NCBI GenBank assembly: GCA_965225945.1
Contig: CBDDBZ010000039.1
Span: 160,001-224,000, forward strand
Reading direction: 5' to 3'
DNA: 64,000 nt
From: Alphaproteobacteria bacterium
Lineage (GTDB): Bacteria > Pseudomonadota > Alphaproteobacteria > GCA-2731375
This document shows positions 32,210-42,703 of the stretch, in pieces (position 1 is the first letter of the stretch; each line of letters opens with the position of its first letter). The notes beneath the pieces were generated by a model, which made no database searches, was not told where the DNA came from, and saw only the letters and a list, made by a program, of their open reading frames with translations. The position numbers were made by a program, and so were the translations under genes.

Positions 32210-33627
32210 GGCGCCGCGCGCTCCTCTGTGGGCACGTTGGGGAGAGACAGTTTCGAGAGGATATAGTCGCGCAAGCCGTCGAGGTCGTCGTCGAGCACTG
32301 CGCAATGTTCCGCCCGCTCGGCCAGCCCGGCGAGGCGGGGGGGCACGGCCGGCGGGGCGCCGATCGCGGCCCGAATCGCGTCGGGAAACTTGGCCGGATG
32401 CGCCGTCGCCAGGCTCACCATCACCTCCCCCGGCCGGGCCAGCGCACGGGCGGCGACGACGCCGACGGCGGTGTGCGGGTCGATCACGATACCCGACCGG
32501 CAATTCACCTGGGCGATGGTCGCGAGCGTCTCCGCCTCGCTGGCCGAGTGGCTGGCGAAATCACGCCGGGCCCGCGCCAAGGCCTCGGACGGGACCTCGA
32601 AGGCCCCGTGGCCCGCGAGATCCGACATGCACCTGGCGACAGTGGCCCCGTCGCGCTCCAGCAGATCGAACAGCAGACGCTCGAAATTGCTGGCGACCTG
32701 GATATCCATCGAGGGACTCATGGTCGAGGCGACCTCGCCTGGCCGGTAGACGCCGGATTCCAGGAACCGATGCAGAATGTCGTTCTGGTTGGTGGCGATG
32801 ATCAAGCGGCCGATCGGCGCGCCCATGCGCTTGGCCACGTAGCCGGCGAAGATGTCGCCGAAGTTGCCACTCGGCACACTAAAGCTGACCGGACGACCGG
32901 GGCCGCCCAGCGTCACAGAGGCCTGGACGTAATAGACCACCTGGGCCATCACCCGGACCCAGTTGATCGAGTTCACCGCCGCGAGTCGGGCCCGGGCGCG
33001 AAAATCCTCGTCGGCGAAGAGCCCCTTCAGCAGCGCCTGGCAATCGTCGAAGGTGCCCCGGATCGCAATGTTGTGGACGTTCGCCGCCTCGACCGTGGTC
33101 ATCTGCAGGCGCTGCATCTCGGAGATCCGGCCTTTGGGGTGGAGCATGAAGATCTCAAGCGCGCCGCGATCGCGGCAAGCCTCGATCGCCGCGGCTCCGG
33201 TATCGCCCGAGGTCGCGCCGACGATCGCCACCCGCTCGCCGCGATGGCCGAGCACATCATCGAACAGCGGCCCCAGCAGTTGTAGCGCCACGTCCTTGAA
33301 GGCGAGCGTCGGCCCGTGAAAGAGCTCCATCAGCCAAAGGCCGGCGCCGAGCTGTCGGAGCGGCGCCACCTGCTCGTGCGCGAAGCCGTCGGCGGCCCCG
33401 TCGATCAGCCGGCCGAAGCGGTCCGCGTCAAATTCGCCGATGAAGGGGCGCATCACCGCCCGGGCGACTTCGCGATAATCCCGAACGACGAGATCGCGCT
33501 GCTCGGGGGGCGGCAGCTCGGGCCAACGCTCGGGAACGTAAAGCCCGCCGTCGCTCGCCAGACCGGCGAGCAGGACGCCCTCGAAGTCCAGAATCGGCGC
33601 GGCTCCGCGCGTGCTGACGTAGTTCAC
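32206..33627 (-). CDS. thrC: Threonine synthase
   Basis: YVSTRG, ELFHGPTLAFKD, ATSGDTG, VNSINW, PSGNFG, SPSMDIQ, TAHPAKF. Confidence 0.96.
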   Translation of the reverse strand: MNYVSTRGAAPILDFEGVLLAGLASDGGLYVPERWPELPPPEQRDLVVRDYREVARAVMRPFIGEFDADRFGRLIDGAADGFAHEQVAPLRQLGAGLWLMELFHGPTLAFKDVALQLLGPLFDDVLGHRGERVAIVGATSGDTGAAAIEACRDRGALEIFMLHPKGRISEMQRLQMTTVEAANVHNIAIRGTFDDCQALLKGLFADEDFRARARLAAVNSINWVRVMAQVVYYVQASVTLGGPGRPVSFSVPSGNFGDIFAGYVAKRMGAPIGRLIIATNQNDILHRFLESGVYRPGEVASTMSPSMDIQVASNFERLLFDLLERDGATVARCMSDLAGHGAFEVPSEALARARRDFASHSASEAETLATIAQVNCRSGIVIDPHTAVGVVAARALARPGEVMVSLATAHPAKFPDAIRAAIGAPPAVPPRLAGLAERAEHCAVLDDDLDGLRDYILSKLSLPNVPTEERAAP

Positions 33628-33889
33628 CAATCTGCTTCCGATTATTGTGCCCTGCCCTGGCACCTCGCCGGCCAACCTAGACGCGCCCGCCTGGGCTGAC
33701 AAGCGATCCGCGACGTCACGCGTTTGCGCAATCGAGCGTTGGTGTCGCCACCGCGCCCCGCCTCGACTCATGCTTACGCCTCGGCTCGCCATGGCACATG
33801 GATCGGCAAAACGCCCAGCGTTACACTCGCGCCATGTCAGGCGGCACTCGATGAAGACGGGCCGAGATCGTTTCCGCTGGAAGAGGGTC

Positions 33890-34006
33890 ATGAAACGCAC
33901 TCTGCTCGTCTTGGTGATGGGGTGGTTGCCGGTTGGCGCACCGCTCCCGGCTCTTGCCGAGTCGCCGAAGCTGATGGCTGCCTATCAGCACAATACGACG
34001 CTCTAG
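33890..34006 (+). pseudogene. Signal-peptide-only remnant of a secreted protein
   Basis: MKRTLLVLVMGWLPVGAPLPALA-ES then a stop, directly before a structured non-coding region. Confidence 0.4.
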
Positions 34007-34105
34007 TCGAGCGGGCCCGATTGGGCGCTCAAGCGGGGGGACCACGGAAATTCGATCGGGCCGTCGGCGAGTGCTGGCGCGAGCCAAAGCGCCTCTGCCC
34101 AGAGC

Positions 34106-34244
34106 CCGCCCTTCATCTCATGGTGACTCTTTGGCCCGGGTTCAGCGGGCGTCAAAGGTCGGGATCGGCGAAGCCGACGCCCTTTGGCGCCCTTGACAGC
34201 CCGCTGGACCCGGGCGATCCCACAACCCATGAGATGAAGGACGG
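34106..34244. repeat. Long nested inverted repeat (structured element, possible IS end or ncRNA)
   Basis: CTTCATCTCATGG/CCATGAGATGAAG, CCCGGGTTCAGCGGGC/GCCCGCTGGACCCGGG, GTCAA/TTGAC, inner TCGGC-GAA-GCCGA. Confidence 0.75.
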
Positions 34245-34391
34245 ATACCGGCACCTCGACACGCCTGACGTGTCTTGCGTCCATTGGTGGTGTTCGCCAT
34301 GCGTCGCGATGACGCCGAAGCATCGGCGTTACCATATTTTTGGCCAACGCCGTAGGATTGGCTTCGCGCCTCGAGGGGGGGGGGGATTGCG

Positions 34392-35210
34392 ATGACCAGA
34401 CGATTGCCGGCGGTGCTTTGCGCCCTCGCCATTTTACTGGCGAGCGCGCCGGCGCGGGCCGGGGAGGCCAAAGCGCGCTTCGAGGCCGGCTACCGGGCCT
34501 ATCAGGCGGGCGACTTCGAGGCGGCGCTCCGGTCGTGGCGTCCCTTGGCCGACGCAGGCCATCCGCTGGCGCAATACAACGCCGGACTGATGTTCCTCGA
34601 GGGCCGGGGCCTGCCCTTCGATCGCGAGAAGGCGATCCTGTGGCTCGCTCGCGCGGCCAAACGGGACGTACCCGAGGCGCAGTTCAATCTCGCCAGCTTG
34701 CACATGTCGCCCGACGGGCCGCCGCCCGATTTCGAGGCGGCCCGCTTCCAGCTCACCCGCGCCGCCGATCTGGGGCTCGCCCGGGCCCAGCACACGCTGG
34801 CCAAGCTGCACGAATACGGCCTCGGCGGCACGGCGGACGCAGGCGTGGCCTTGCGCTATTTCACCATGGCGGCGGCCCAGGGGCACGTTCGCGCGCAATA
34901 CAATCTCGGCAAGTTCTACCGCGACGGCCGGGGCGTCGGTGCCGACGAGGCGGCCTCGATCCGCTGGTTTCGCGCCGCCGCCGAGGGCGGCTACGCCAAG
35001 GCGCAGGCCAAGCTCGCAAGCCGATACGCCGTGGGGCGCGGCGTCGCCCGCGACGCACTCGAGGCCTATGTCTGGACCGCGCTCGCCGCCGCCGGCGGCC
35101 ACGAGGGCGCCAAGGCCGCACTCAGCCGACGCACCGCCCGGCTGAGCCAATCCGAGAAGACGGCGGGTGATGCCCGCGTCGCCGCCTTCCGGCCGAAATC
35201 GGGCGGCTGA
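34392..35210 (+). CDS. Sel1-repeat secreted protein
   Basis: Signal peptide plus repeated AQYNxGxMY..GRG..A..W..AA..G units. Confidence 0.92.
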   Translation: MTRRLPAVLCALAILLASAPARAGEAKARFEAGYRAYQAGDFEAALRSWRPLADAGHPLAQYNAGLMFLEGRGLPFDREKAILWLARAAKRDVPEAQFNLASLHMSPDGPPPDFEAARFQLTRAADLGLARAQHTLAKLHEYGLGGTADAGVALRYFTMAAAQGHVRAQYNLGKFYRDGRGVGADEAASIRWFRAAAEGGYAKAQAKLASRYAVGRGVARDALEAYVWTALAAAGGHEGAKAALSRRTARLSQSEKTAGDARVAAFRPKSGG

Positions 35211-35276
35211 ACGCATGGTTCAGCCGGGCCGGATGATGCGCTAGGATGCGCGCCGCTTGATCAAGGGAGGAGAGAC

Positions 35277-35948
35277 ATGGGTCGGGATCTGAGCCTCACG
35301 GCATCCGACGGGCACCACTTCGGGGTCTACCGCGCCGATCCCTCGGGCACGCCCCGGGGCGGTATCGTCGTCATCCAGGAGATCTTCGGCGTCAACAAAC
35401 ACATCCGCGAGGTGACGGACGGCTTTGCCGCCGATGGCTATCTGGCGATGGCCCCGGCGCTCTACGACCGCTCCTCCCGGCGCGATATCCAGCTCGGCTA
35501 CGAGGGCGACGACTTGGGCGTCGGCCGCGACCTGCGCGAGGAGTTCTCCTGGGACGACAGCGTCAAGGACGTCGATGCGGTGGCCCAAGTGATGCGGGAC
35601 TCAGGGCTGAAGGTCGGGACCGTCGGCTACTGCTGGGGCGGCACCATCAGCTACCTCGCCGGCACCCGCTTGGACGTGCAGGCGGCCGTGGTCTACTACG
35701 GCGGGCAGATCATCCCCTATATCGAGGAGAAGGGGCGCTGTCCGATGCTCATGCACTTCGGCGCGCAAGACCAGGGCATCCCGCTTTCCGACGTCGAGCA
35801 AATCGAGGTGGCGCACGCCGAGGCGACGGTCCATATCTACGATGCCGACCACGGCTTCAACTGCGATCATCGCGGCCAGCATGACGCTGCCGCCGCCAAG
35901 CTGGCGCGCGAGCGCACGCTGGCCTTCTACGCGGAAAACCTGGGCTAG
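35277..35948 (+). CDS. Dienelactone hydrolase family
   Basis: VIQEIFGVN, GYCWGG nucleophile, ADHGFNC. Confidence 0.93.
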   Translation: MGRDLSLTASDGHHFGVYRADPSGTPRGGIVVIQEIFGVNKHIREVTDGFAADGYLAMAPALYDRSSRRDIQLGYEGDDLGVGRDLREEFSWDDSVKDVDAVAQVMRDSGLKVGTVGYCWGGTISYLAGTRLDVQAAVVYYGGQIIPYIEEKGRCPMLMHFGAQDQGIPLSDVEQIEVAHAEATVHIYDADHGFNCDHRGQHDAAAAKLARERTLAFYAENLG

Positions 35949-36085
35949 GACCACCCCGCTCCGGCGAGACGGCCCGCAGGCGGCGCGCCGACGATGGCTT
36001 CGTGGACGAGGTCCAGGTGGCCCGGACTACGTCGACGAGCGATGCCTTGACGCGCGGCCCGGGCGCCCATCGATATAGTTTCGAC

Positions 36086-37308
36086 CACAGTACACGACTC
36101 GTTCATGCTGGCTTTGGCCTGGGCACCTGGACTGGTGGTTTTCCGGGGACGAGGAAACGAATCAGCTCAATGGCTTGACGCCTGTCGATAGGATTGACGA
36201 GCTGTCGCCTTATCCACTCGAAACCGTATCGGAAGATGGATTTTGCCATCCTTTTGTGGGTTTTGAGGCGGATCGGCTCGGCCTCGTGGAGCCAATCGCC
36301 GACTTTGTGCGCCCAGCAGAAGGTGATGGAAAGGACGGCGGTGAGCTTGGAGATGCGCTCCGGGTCGGTCATGTGGGTGTCTTCGAGGTTGAAGCCACGG
36401 GTTTTCAAGGCGGCGAAGAGGGTCTTGATTTGCCAGCGCTGGGCGTAGATGGCCAAGGCCTCCTCGGGCGCGTCGTTGGTCACGACGATCAACAGTTCGC
36501 CGGTCTTGAGATGGAGCGCGGCGACGAAGACGGGCCTGGCCTTGGGTTTTCTGGCCTCCGAGAGGCGCCTGGCGTTGGAGAGGATGCGGCTTTCCCCGGG
36601 TTTGAGGTCGCGAAACAGCTCCCTCGCCTTGACCATGCGACCACGCGTGTTGGCGATCTTGATGTTGGATCGGATGCGGATGTGAAAGGGGATGGCCTTT
36701 TCCTGCAACCATGCCAGCCAGGCGTCGCCGATGAATTCCCGGTCGGCCAGGAGGCTGGCGATCTTGTCGACCCCGAAGAGCCGGAGGACGTGTTCGAGGA
36801 TCGCGATCCGCTCCTTGGTATTGGAATTGCCCGCCTTGTCGAGCACCCGCCAGCACACGGGAATGGCGATGGCGCGGTTGACGATGCCGATCATCAAGAT
36901 GTTGACGTCGCGGCGACCCAGCCGCCAGTTGGTCCGGTCCATGGTCAGCCGCCACGGCCCCGCCTGGAGCCCCATCATCGCGACCAGGAACTCGGCGAGG
37001 CGATCGTAATCGAAATCGACTTGCTCGAAAAACCGTTGCAGGCGCCGATAGTTGGAGCTGGATCGCGCGCGCCCCGGAAAGTGGCAGGCCAAGTGAGAGA
37101 GGTTCACCGTCCGGGCGACGAACACGCCGAAGACCAAGACGCAAAGGCTCTCCAGACGGCTCTTGCGAAAGGCGAAGCCGCATCGTAGCGTCTCACGCAG
37201 GGCGTTGATCGGGTTGTCTCGCATGATTTCCCTCTTGACTCGTCGTGGAGTGAATCGGGAATCCTACAACCTTTTCAACGTCCTACGTAAATGCCGTCGT
37301 GTACCATG
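36086..37308 (-). mobile_element. IS4-family element copy 1 (1223 bp; 9-bp target duplication AGTTTCGAC)
   Basis: IRs CACAGTACACGAC and GTCGTGTACCATG; direct repeats at 36077-36085 and 37309-37317. Confidence 0.92.
36103..37224 (-). CDS. IS4-family transposase, catalytic Glu replaced by Lys (probably inactive)
   Basis: MDRTNW, LADREF; YREK motif reads YAQRWQIKTLF versus YAQRWQIETLF in copy 2. Confidence 0.88.
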   Translation of the reverse strand: MRDNPINALRETLRCGFAFRKSRLESLCVLVFGVFVARTVNLSHLACHFPGRARSSSNYRRLQRFFEQVDFDYDRLAEFLVAMMGLQAGPWRLTMDRTNWRLGRRDVNILMIGIVNRAIAIPVCWRVLDKAGNSNTKERIAILEHVLRLFGVDKIASLLADREFIGDAWLAWLQEKAIPFHIRIRSNIKIANTRGRMVKARELFRDLKPGESRILSNARRLSEARKPKARPVFVAALHLKTGELLIVVTNDAPEEALAIYAQRWQIKTLFAALKTRGFNLEDTHMTDPERISKLTAVLSITFCWAHKVGDWLHEAEPIRLKTHKRMAKSIFRYGFEWIRRQLVNPIDRRQAIELIRFLVPGKPPVQVPRPKPA

Positions 37309-37319
37309 AGTTTCGACAA

Positions 37320-37335
37320 TTAACCGACGGTTTAC
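37320..37335 (+). promoter_or_regulatory. Putative CtrA binding site upstream of chemoreceptor
   Basis: TTAA-CCGACGG-TTTAC, one mismatch from TTAA-N7-TTAAC. Confidence 0.45.
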
Positions 37336-37420
37336 GGTTCTCGATCAAATTCGATCGTGCCGCGCCGCCAGGAGCGAACGAATTTCTCGATCGGCACCGA
37401 ATCCGCGCCGGCTAGACGAG

Positions 37421-38755
37421 GTGAGCATGACCGAGTTCGATGCCGACCGGGACGCGAGATTGCGGTTTCTGAACATCGCGCCCGACGTGGGGACGGCGTT
37501 GCAGGCGGTATGGCCGATCATCGAGGGTCATCTCGAGGACATCCTCACCGCCTTCCACGCGCATGTGATCGCGATCCCCTCGCTCGCCGAAAAGATCGGG
37601 GACACGGACGACATCCAGCGCCTGAAATCGGCCCAGCTCGGCCATTGGGAGAAACTCTTCGACGGCGGTTTCGACGACGCCTACTTCGAGCGCTGCCATG
37701 TCATCGGCACGACCCATCACCGCATCGGCCTGGAGCCGCGCTGGTACCTGGCGGGCTATTCCTTCGTCGTGGAAAAGCTCACATCGGTCCTCACCCAGCA
37801 CTATCGGCGCAAGCCGAAAGAGGCGGCGGCGGCGATTTCGGCCATGACCAAGGCGATCTTCCTCGACATGGACGTCGCCATCTCGATCTATTGCGAGGCG
37901 ATGCGCAACGAACAGCGGGAACTCACCGACAAGTCGATGGCCTTCGTGCGCGATGTCGAAGGCCTGATCGGCGGACTGAGCGAAGCCGCCGGGCAGCTCC
38001 AATCGTCGGCGCGGGCGTTGAACGACAACGCCGAACGGGGCGCCGGCCAGAGCACCATCGTCGTCGTCGCCGCCGAGCAGGCGAACGCCAACGTGCAGAC
38101 CGTCGCCAGCGCCACGGACGAGCTTTCGGCCTCGCTGCGAGAGGTGAGCCAGCAGGTCACCGAATCGGCCAGCATCACCGGGGAGGCGACGCGGCAGGCC
38201 AACGACACCAACGATCAGGTCAAGGGCCTCTCGGAAGCGGCCGAGAAGATCGGCAACGTGGTCTCTCTGATCAACGACATCGCCGGCCAGACCAACCTGC
38301 TGGCCCTGAACGCCACCATCGAGGCCGCCCGCGCGGGCGACGCCGGCAAGGGCTTCGCCGTGGTCGCCTCGGAGGTCAAGAACCTGGCCAGCCAGACCGC
38401 CAAGGCGACCGAGGAGATCGCCAGCCAGATCGCCGAGATCCAGTCGGCGACGGGAACGGCGGTCATGGCGATCGAGGAGATCACCCACACGATCGAGCGG
38501 GTCAACGAGATCTCCGGTTCCATCGCCAGCACCGTCGAGGAACAGGATTCGGCCACCAGCGAGATCAGCCGCAACGTCCAGGAGGCGGCGAGCGGCACCC
38601 AGGACGTGGCTCGCCACCTCTCGGACATCTCCGCCTCGCTGCGGGAGACCGGCACCGTCTCGAGCGATCTGCTCACCGCCTCGAACGAGCTGTCCGGCCA
38701 GTCGGACGGTTTGCGGCAAACGGTTCGGGTCTTCCTGTCCGACTTCGACCGGTAG
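37421..38755 (+). CDS. Globin-coupled sensor / soluble methyl-accepting chemotaxis protein (HemAT-like)
   Basis: Protoglobin N-domain ([16 protein letters not shown]) plus MCP core [34 protein letters not shown]. Confidence 0.93.
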   Translation: MSMTEFDADRDARLRFLNIAPDVGTALQAVWPIIEGHLEDILTAFHAHVIAIPSLAEKIGDTDDIQRLKSAQLGHWEKLFDGGFDDAYFERCHVIGTTHHRIGLEPRWYLAGYSFVVEKLTSVLTQHYRRKPKEAAAAISAMTKAIFLDMDVAISIYCEAMRNEQRELTDKSMAFVRDVEGLIGGLSEAAGQLQSSARALNDNAERGAGQSTIVVVAAEQANANVQTVASATDELSASLREVSQQVTESASITGEATRQANDTNDQVKGLSEAAEKIGNVVSLINDIAGQTNLLALNATIEAARAGDAGKGFAVVASEVKNLASQTAKATEEIASQIAEIQSATGTAVMAIEEITHTIERVNEISGSIASTVEEQDSATSEISRNVQEAASGTQDVARHLSDISASLRETGTVSSDLLTASNELSGQSDGLRQTVRVFLSDFDR

Positions 38756-38844
38756 CCCCCCGACGAGGTTGGTATTCGCGCCCGAACGCCAGCGGGCCCG
38801 AAAGCCGCTATAGTGCCCCCTCGGCGGAGAGACGGGGAGGCGAC

Positions 38845-39705
38845 ATGGCGGGGAGCAACGGCATCGAGGTCAGGCCGATCTCGGGCGCGCTCGGGGCGGA
38901 GATCGGGGGCGTCGATCTCTCAGCGCTGGACGACGAGAGCTTCGCGGCGATCCACCGGGCCTGGCTCGAGCATCTGGTGATCTTCTTCCGCGACCAGGAG
39001 ATCACGCCGGGCGATCAGGTGGCCTTCGCGCGGCGCTTCGGCGAGATCCACTTCCATCCCTACCTCGCCGGCCTCGACGAGCAGCCGGAGGTGCTGGAGA
39101 TCGTCCGCGATGCGGGCGACAGCTATACCTTCGGCTCGGTCTGGCACACCGACCAGATGTTCAATCCCAGGCCGGCCAAGGCCACCATGCTCTACGCCAA
39201 GGAGACGCCGAGCACGGGCGGCGATACGCTCTTCGCCAACATGTACCTCGCCCACGACGCGCTCTCGGAGCCCATGAAGGTGCTGCTGGCGGGGCTTCGG
39301 ACCCACAACCTGGGCGACAAGGCGAAGCGCAACCGTGACGGCCGCTCCCGCCACGAGCGCTACTCGGGCAGCCCGGAGATGCTGGCCAAGCTGCGCGATC
39401 CCGCCGGTGTGGCCACCGAATCCCGCCACCCGCTGATCCGCACCCACGACGAGACCGGGCGCCGGTCGCTTTACATCTCCAGCCACACCCATTCGCTCGA
39501 CGGCTTCGAGGAGGGGGAGGCCGATCCGCTGCTCGATTTCCTCCGCCGCCACGCGACCCGCCCGGAGTTCACCTGCCGGTTCCGTTGGCGCCCGGGCTCG
39601 ATGGCGCTCTGGGACAACCGCTGTGCGCTGCATCACGCACTCCCCGACTATTCCGAGCGACGGCGGATGCACCGCATCACCATCGCCGGCGACACGCCGA
39701 TCTAA
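38845..39705 (+). CDS. TauD/TfdA family dioxygenase
   Basis: ALGAEIGGVDL, WHTD, GGDTLFANM, LWDNRCALH, MHRITIAGD. Confidence 0.93.
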   Translation: MAGSNGIEVRPISGALGAEIGGVDLSALDDESFAAIHRAWLEHLVIFFRDQEITPGDQVAFARRFGEIHFHPYLAGLDEQPEVLEIVRDAGDSYTFGSVWHTDQMFNPRPAKATMLYAKETPSTGGDTLFANMYLAHDALSEPMKVLLAGLRTHNLGDKAKRNRDGRSRHERYSGSPEMLAKLRDPAGVATESRHPLIRTHDETGRRSLYISSHTHSLDGFEEGEADPLLDFLRRHATRPEFTCRFRWRPGSMALWDNRCALHHALPDYSERRRMHRITIAGDTPI

Positions 39706-39728
39706 GCCGGCGCGCGCGAGGAGTCCCG

Positions 39729-41696
39729 ATGCGAACCGACGCGTTCTCAGGCAAGGAATTTCAGACCCTGGTCGCGGACGAGGCGCTGCTTCGCGCGAGC
39801 CTGGAAGAGGCGGACATCGTCACCTCGGCCATGGTCCTGGTGCAGCTGACGGGCGAGGCCGGTTGGCTGGAGGAGGTCCGACCCTGCGTGCGTGGCCCCT
39901 GGGACTATTCGGTCGATATGCCGGAGGCGCTCAATTCCGAGATCCGCGAAGCCTTGGTGGCGGCGCTTCGGAGCCGGGCGGCAAACGGGGACGGCGCGCC
40001 GGCGCCGCCTTGCGGCGCGCTGCTGCAAGAGATGATGAGCGTCGCAGTCGGCGAGCCCGTTCCCGCCGACTACGTCGCCATGATGGGGGAGGAGATGGCG
40101 TTCGGGGCGGGCGATCCCAAGGGCGTCGAGTGGCGCGAGACGCCGTCCCGGGGCCGGCTGGCGGCCTTCCCCGTGGCGGTGATCGGCGCCGGCATGTCGG
40201 GACTCTGCGCGGCGATCAAGCTCGCCCAGGCGGGCCTGCCCTTCACCGTCTTCGAGAAGAACGACACCGTCGGCGGCACCTGGTACGAGAACGACTATCC
40301 GGGCGCCGCTGTCGATACGCCCAACCATTTCTATTCCTATTCCTTCGCGCCCAACCACGAGTGGACCCACTTCTTCTCCAAGCGCGACGCGCTCCATGAC
40401 TATTTCGAGCATATCAGCCGCGATTTCGGAGTCCGCCCCGAGATCTGCTTCCGGACGGAGGTCGAGGCGGCCACGTGGGACGCGGCCGAGGGACGCTGGC
40501 GGCTCGCGATCCGAGGTCCGGGCGGTGTCCGGCGCGAAGAGAGCTTCCGCGCCGTGATCTGTGCCGTCGGCCAATTGAACCGCCCGTTCACGCCGGCGAT
40601 CCCCGGGCTCGAGGATTTCGCCGGTCCGCTCTTCCACACCGCGCACTGGGATAAATCGGTGGACCATCGGGGCCGTCGAGTGGCGCTGATCGGCACCGGC
40701 GCCAGCGCCATGCAGGTCGGCCCGACGATCGCGCCGGAGGTGGCGCGGCTCGCCATCTTCCAGCGCTCGCCCCACTGGGCCGTCCACAACCCGAACTATC
40801 ACCGGGTGGTGGGGCCGGGGAAGCGCTGGGTCTTGAAACACCTGCCCTATTACTCCGAGTGGTACCGCTTCCAGCTCTTCTGGGGCTTCGCCGACGGCTT
40901 GCATGCCGCGCTGCAAATCGATCCCGAATGGGACCATCCCGAGCGCTCGCTCAACCAGATCAACGAACGTCATCGCCGCTCGATCGTGCGGTTCATCGAG
41001 CGGAAGCTGGCGGGCGAGGCGGACCTGTTGGCCAAGGTCGTGCCGCCCTATCCGCCCTACGGCAAGCGGATCCTGATCGACAACCACTGGTACGACATGC
41101 TGACCCGCGACAACGTCGAGCTGGTGACCGACGGCATCGCGGGAGTGACGGCGGAGGCGATTGTGACCACCGGCGGCCGGCGCCACGAGGTCGACATGAT
41201 CGTGCTGGCGACCGGTTTCCACGCCCGCGAGATGGTCTGGCCGATGGAGGTCCGGGGTCGGGACGGGCGGCGGCTCCGCGACATCTGGGGCGAGGACGAT
41301 CCCCGGGCCTATCTCGGCATCGCCATGCCGGGGTTTCCCAACTTCTTCGTGCTCTACGGCCCCAACACCAATCTCGGACACGGCGGCAGCGTCATCTTCC
41401 ATACCGAGTGCCAGGTGCGCTACGCGATGAAATGCCTGCGCGAGCTGGTCGAGGGCGAGCATGGCTCGATGGAAGTCTTGGAGAGGGTGCACGACGACTA
41501 CAACGAAGCGGTCGACGCGGCGCACCGGCGGATGGTGTGGTCGCACCCCGGCATGGGCAACTGGTACAAGAACGCCGCAGGCCGCGTGGTCACCAATTCG
41601 CCTTGGCGATTGGTCGACTATTGGCGGATGACGGCGGAGCTCGACACGAGCGATTTCCGCTTCGCCCGAGGACGCCCGAGGCCGCGGCGAAGATGA
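39729..41696 (+). CDS. Baeyer-Villiger monooxygenase with N-terminal extension (HAPMO-like)
   Basis: IGAGMSG, GGTWYENDYPG, fingerprint FAGPLFHTAHWD, IGTGASA, ATGF. Confidence 0.92.
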   Translation: MRTDAFSGKEFQTLVADEALLRASLEEADIVTSAMVLVQLTGEAGWLEEVRPCVRGPWDYSVDMPEALNSEIREALVAALRSRAANGDGAPAPPCGALLQEMMSVAVGEPVPADYVAMMGEEMAFGAGDPKGVEWRETPSRGRLAAFPVAVIGAGMSGLCAAIKLAQAGLPFTVFEKNDTVGGTWYENDYPGAAVDTPNHFYSYSFAPNHEWTHFFSKRDALHDYFEHISRDFGVRPEICFRTEVEAATWDAAEGRWRLAIRGPGGVRREESFRAVICAVGQLNRPFTPAIPGLEDFAGPLFHTAHWDKSVDHRGRRVALIGTGASAMQVGPTIAPEVARLAIFQRSPHWAVHNPNYHRVVGPGKRWVLKHLPYYSEWYRFQLFWGFADGLHAALQIDPEWDHPERSLNQINERHRRSIVRFIERKLAGEADLLAKVVPPYPPYGKRILIDNHWYDMLTRDNVELVTDGIAGVTAEAIVTTGGRRHEVDMIVLATGFHAREMVWPMEVRGRDGRRLRDIWGEDDPRAYLGIAMPGFPNFFVLYGPNTNLGHGGSVIFHTECQVRYAMKCLRELVEGEHGSMEVLERVHDDYNEAVDAAHRRMVWSHPGMGNWYKNAAGRVVTNSPWRLVDYWRMTAELDTSDFRFARGRPRPRRR

Positions 41697-42703
41697 CCGA
41701 GGGCAACATGGCGCCTGAGTTGGGGGTCGGACTCTACCGGGGGATGGCGGTGATCCGCCGCTTCGAGGAGCGGGTGGTCGAGCTGATCGACGCCGGCGAG
41801 ATCGCCGCCCACGCGCATGAATACGTCGGCCAGGAGGCGGTCGCCATCGGCGTCGCCTCGGCGCTTCGCCTGGACGACGTCATCACCTCGACCCACCGGG
41901 GCCATGGTCACGTGCTGGCCAAGGGCGCCACGCCGGCGGCGATGTTCGCCGAACTGCTGGGGCGCGAGAGCGGCTGCAACCGAGGGCGTGGCGGCTCGAT
42001 GCATATCGCCGAGCTTTCGCTCGGGATTTACGGCGCCAACGGCATCGTCGGTGCCGGCGCGCCGATCGCCTGTGGCGCGGCGCGGATCTTTCGCGATTCC
42101 GGCTCGGGCCGCGTGGCCGTGCCGTTCTTCGGCGATGGCGCGATGAACCAGGGGGTGGTGCTGGAGAGCTTGAACCTGGCGGCGATCTGGAAGCTGCCGG
42201 TGGTCTTCGTCTGCGAAAATAACCTCTATGCCATGACCTCGCCGATTCACCAGATGGCGGTGGGCGAGCTTCATGTTCGCGCCGCCGCCTTCGGCCTGGG
42301 GACGCAAGTGGTGGACGGCATGGACGTGCTGGCCGTCCGCGAGGCGGCGAGGAGCCTGGTCGAGCGGGCCCGCCAGGGCGAGGGCGCCGGCTTCCTCGAA
42401 TGCCGCACCTATCGCTTCTCCGGCCACTTCACCTTGGAGCGGGGCCGCGATTTCGGCTACCGCACGGCGGCGGAGATCGCGGAATGGCGCCGCCGCGATC
42501 CCTTGGACGTGCTGGCCTCGAAGCTCGACGCGGAGAGCGCCTGGGCGAGCGAGGATCGCAACGAAATCGACGCCGACGTCGCGGCCGAGATCGAGGTGGC
42601 GGTGGAGACGGCCCGGGCCGGCGCCTGGCCGGACGGGAATAGCGCGCTCGACCACATGTATGCCCGGAGCTATCCCGGCTTTCCGGCGGGGGTCGAGGGA
42701 TGA
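41693..42703 (+). CDS. TPP-dependent dehydrogenase E1 alpha subunit
   Basis: GQEA, THRGHGH, GRGGSMH, FGDGA..QG, VCENN, TYRFSGH. Confidence 0.93.
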   Translation: MTEGNMAPELGVGLYRGMAVIRRFEERVVELIDAGEIAAHAHEYVGQEAVAIGVASALRLDDVITSTHRGHGHVLAKGATPAAMFAELLGRESGCNRGRGGSMHIAELSLGIYGANGIVGAGAPIACGAARIFRDSGSGRVAVPFFGDGAMNQGVVLESLNLAAIWKLPVVFVCENNLYAMTSPIHQMAVGELHVRAAAFGLGTQVVDGMDVLAVREAARSLVERARQGEGAGFLECRTYRFSGHFTLERGRDFGYRTAAEIAEWRRRDPLDVLASKLDAESAWASEDRNEIDADVAAEIEVAVETARAGAWPDGNSALDHMYARSYPGFPAGVEG

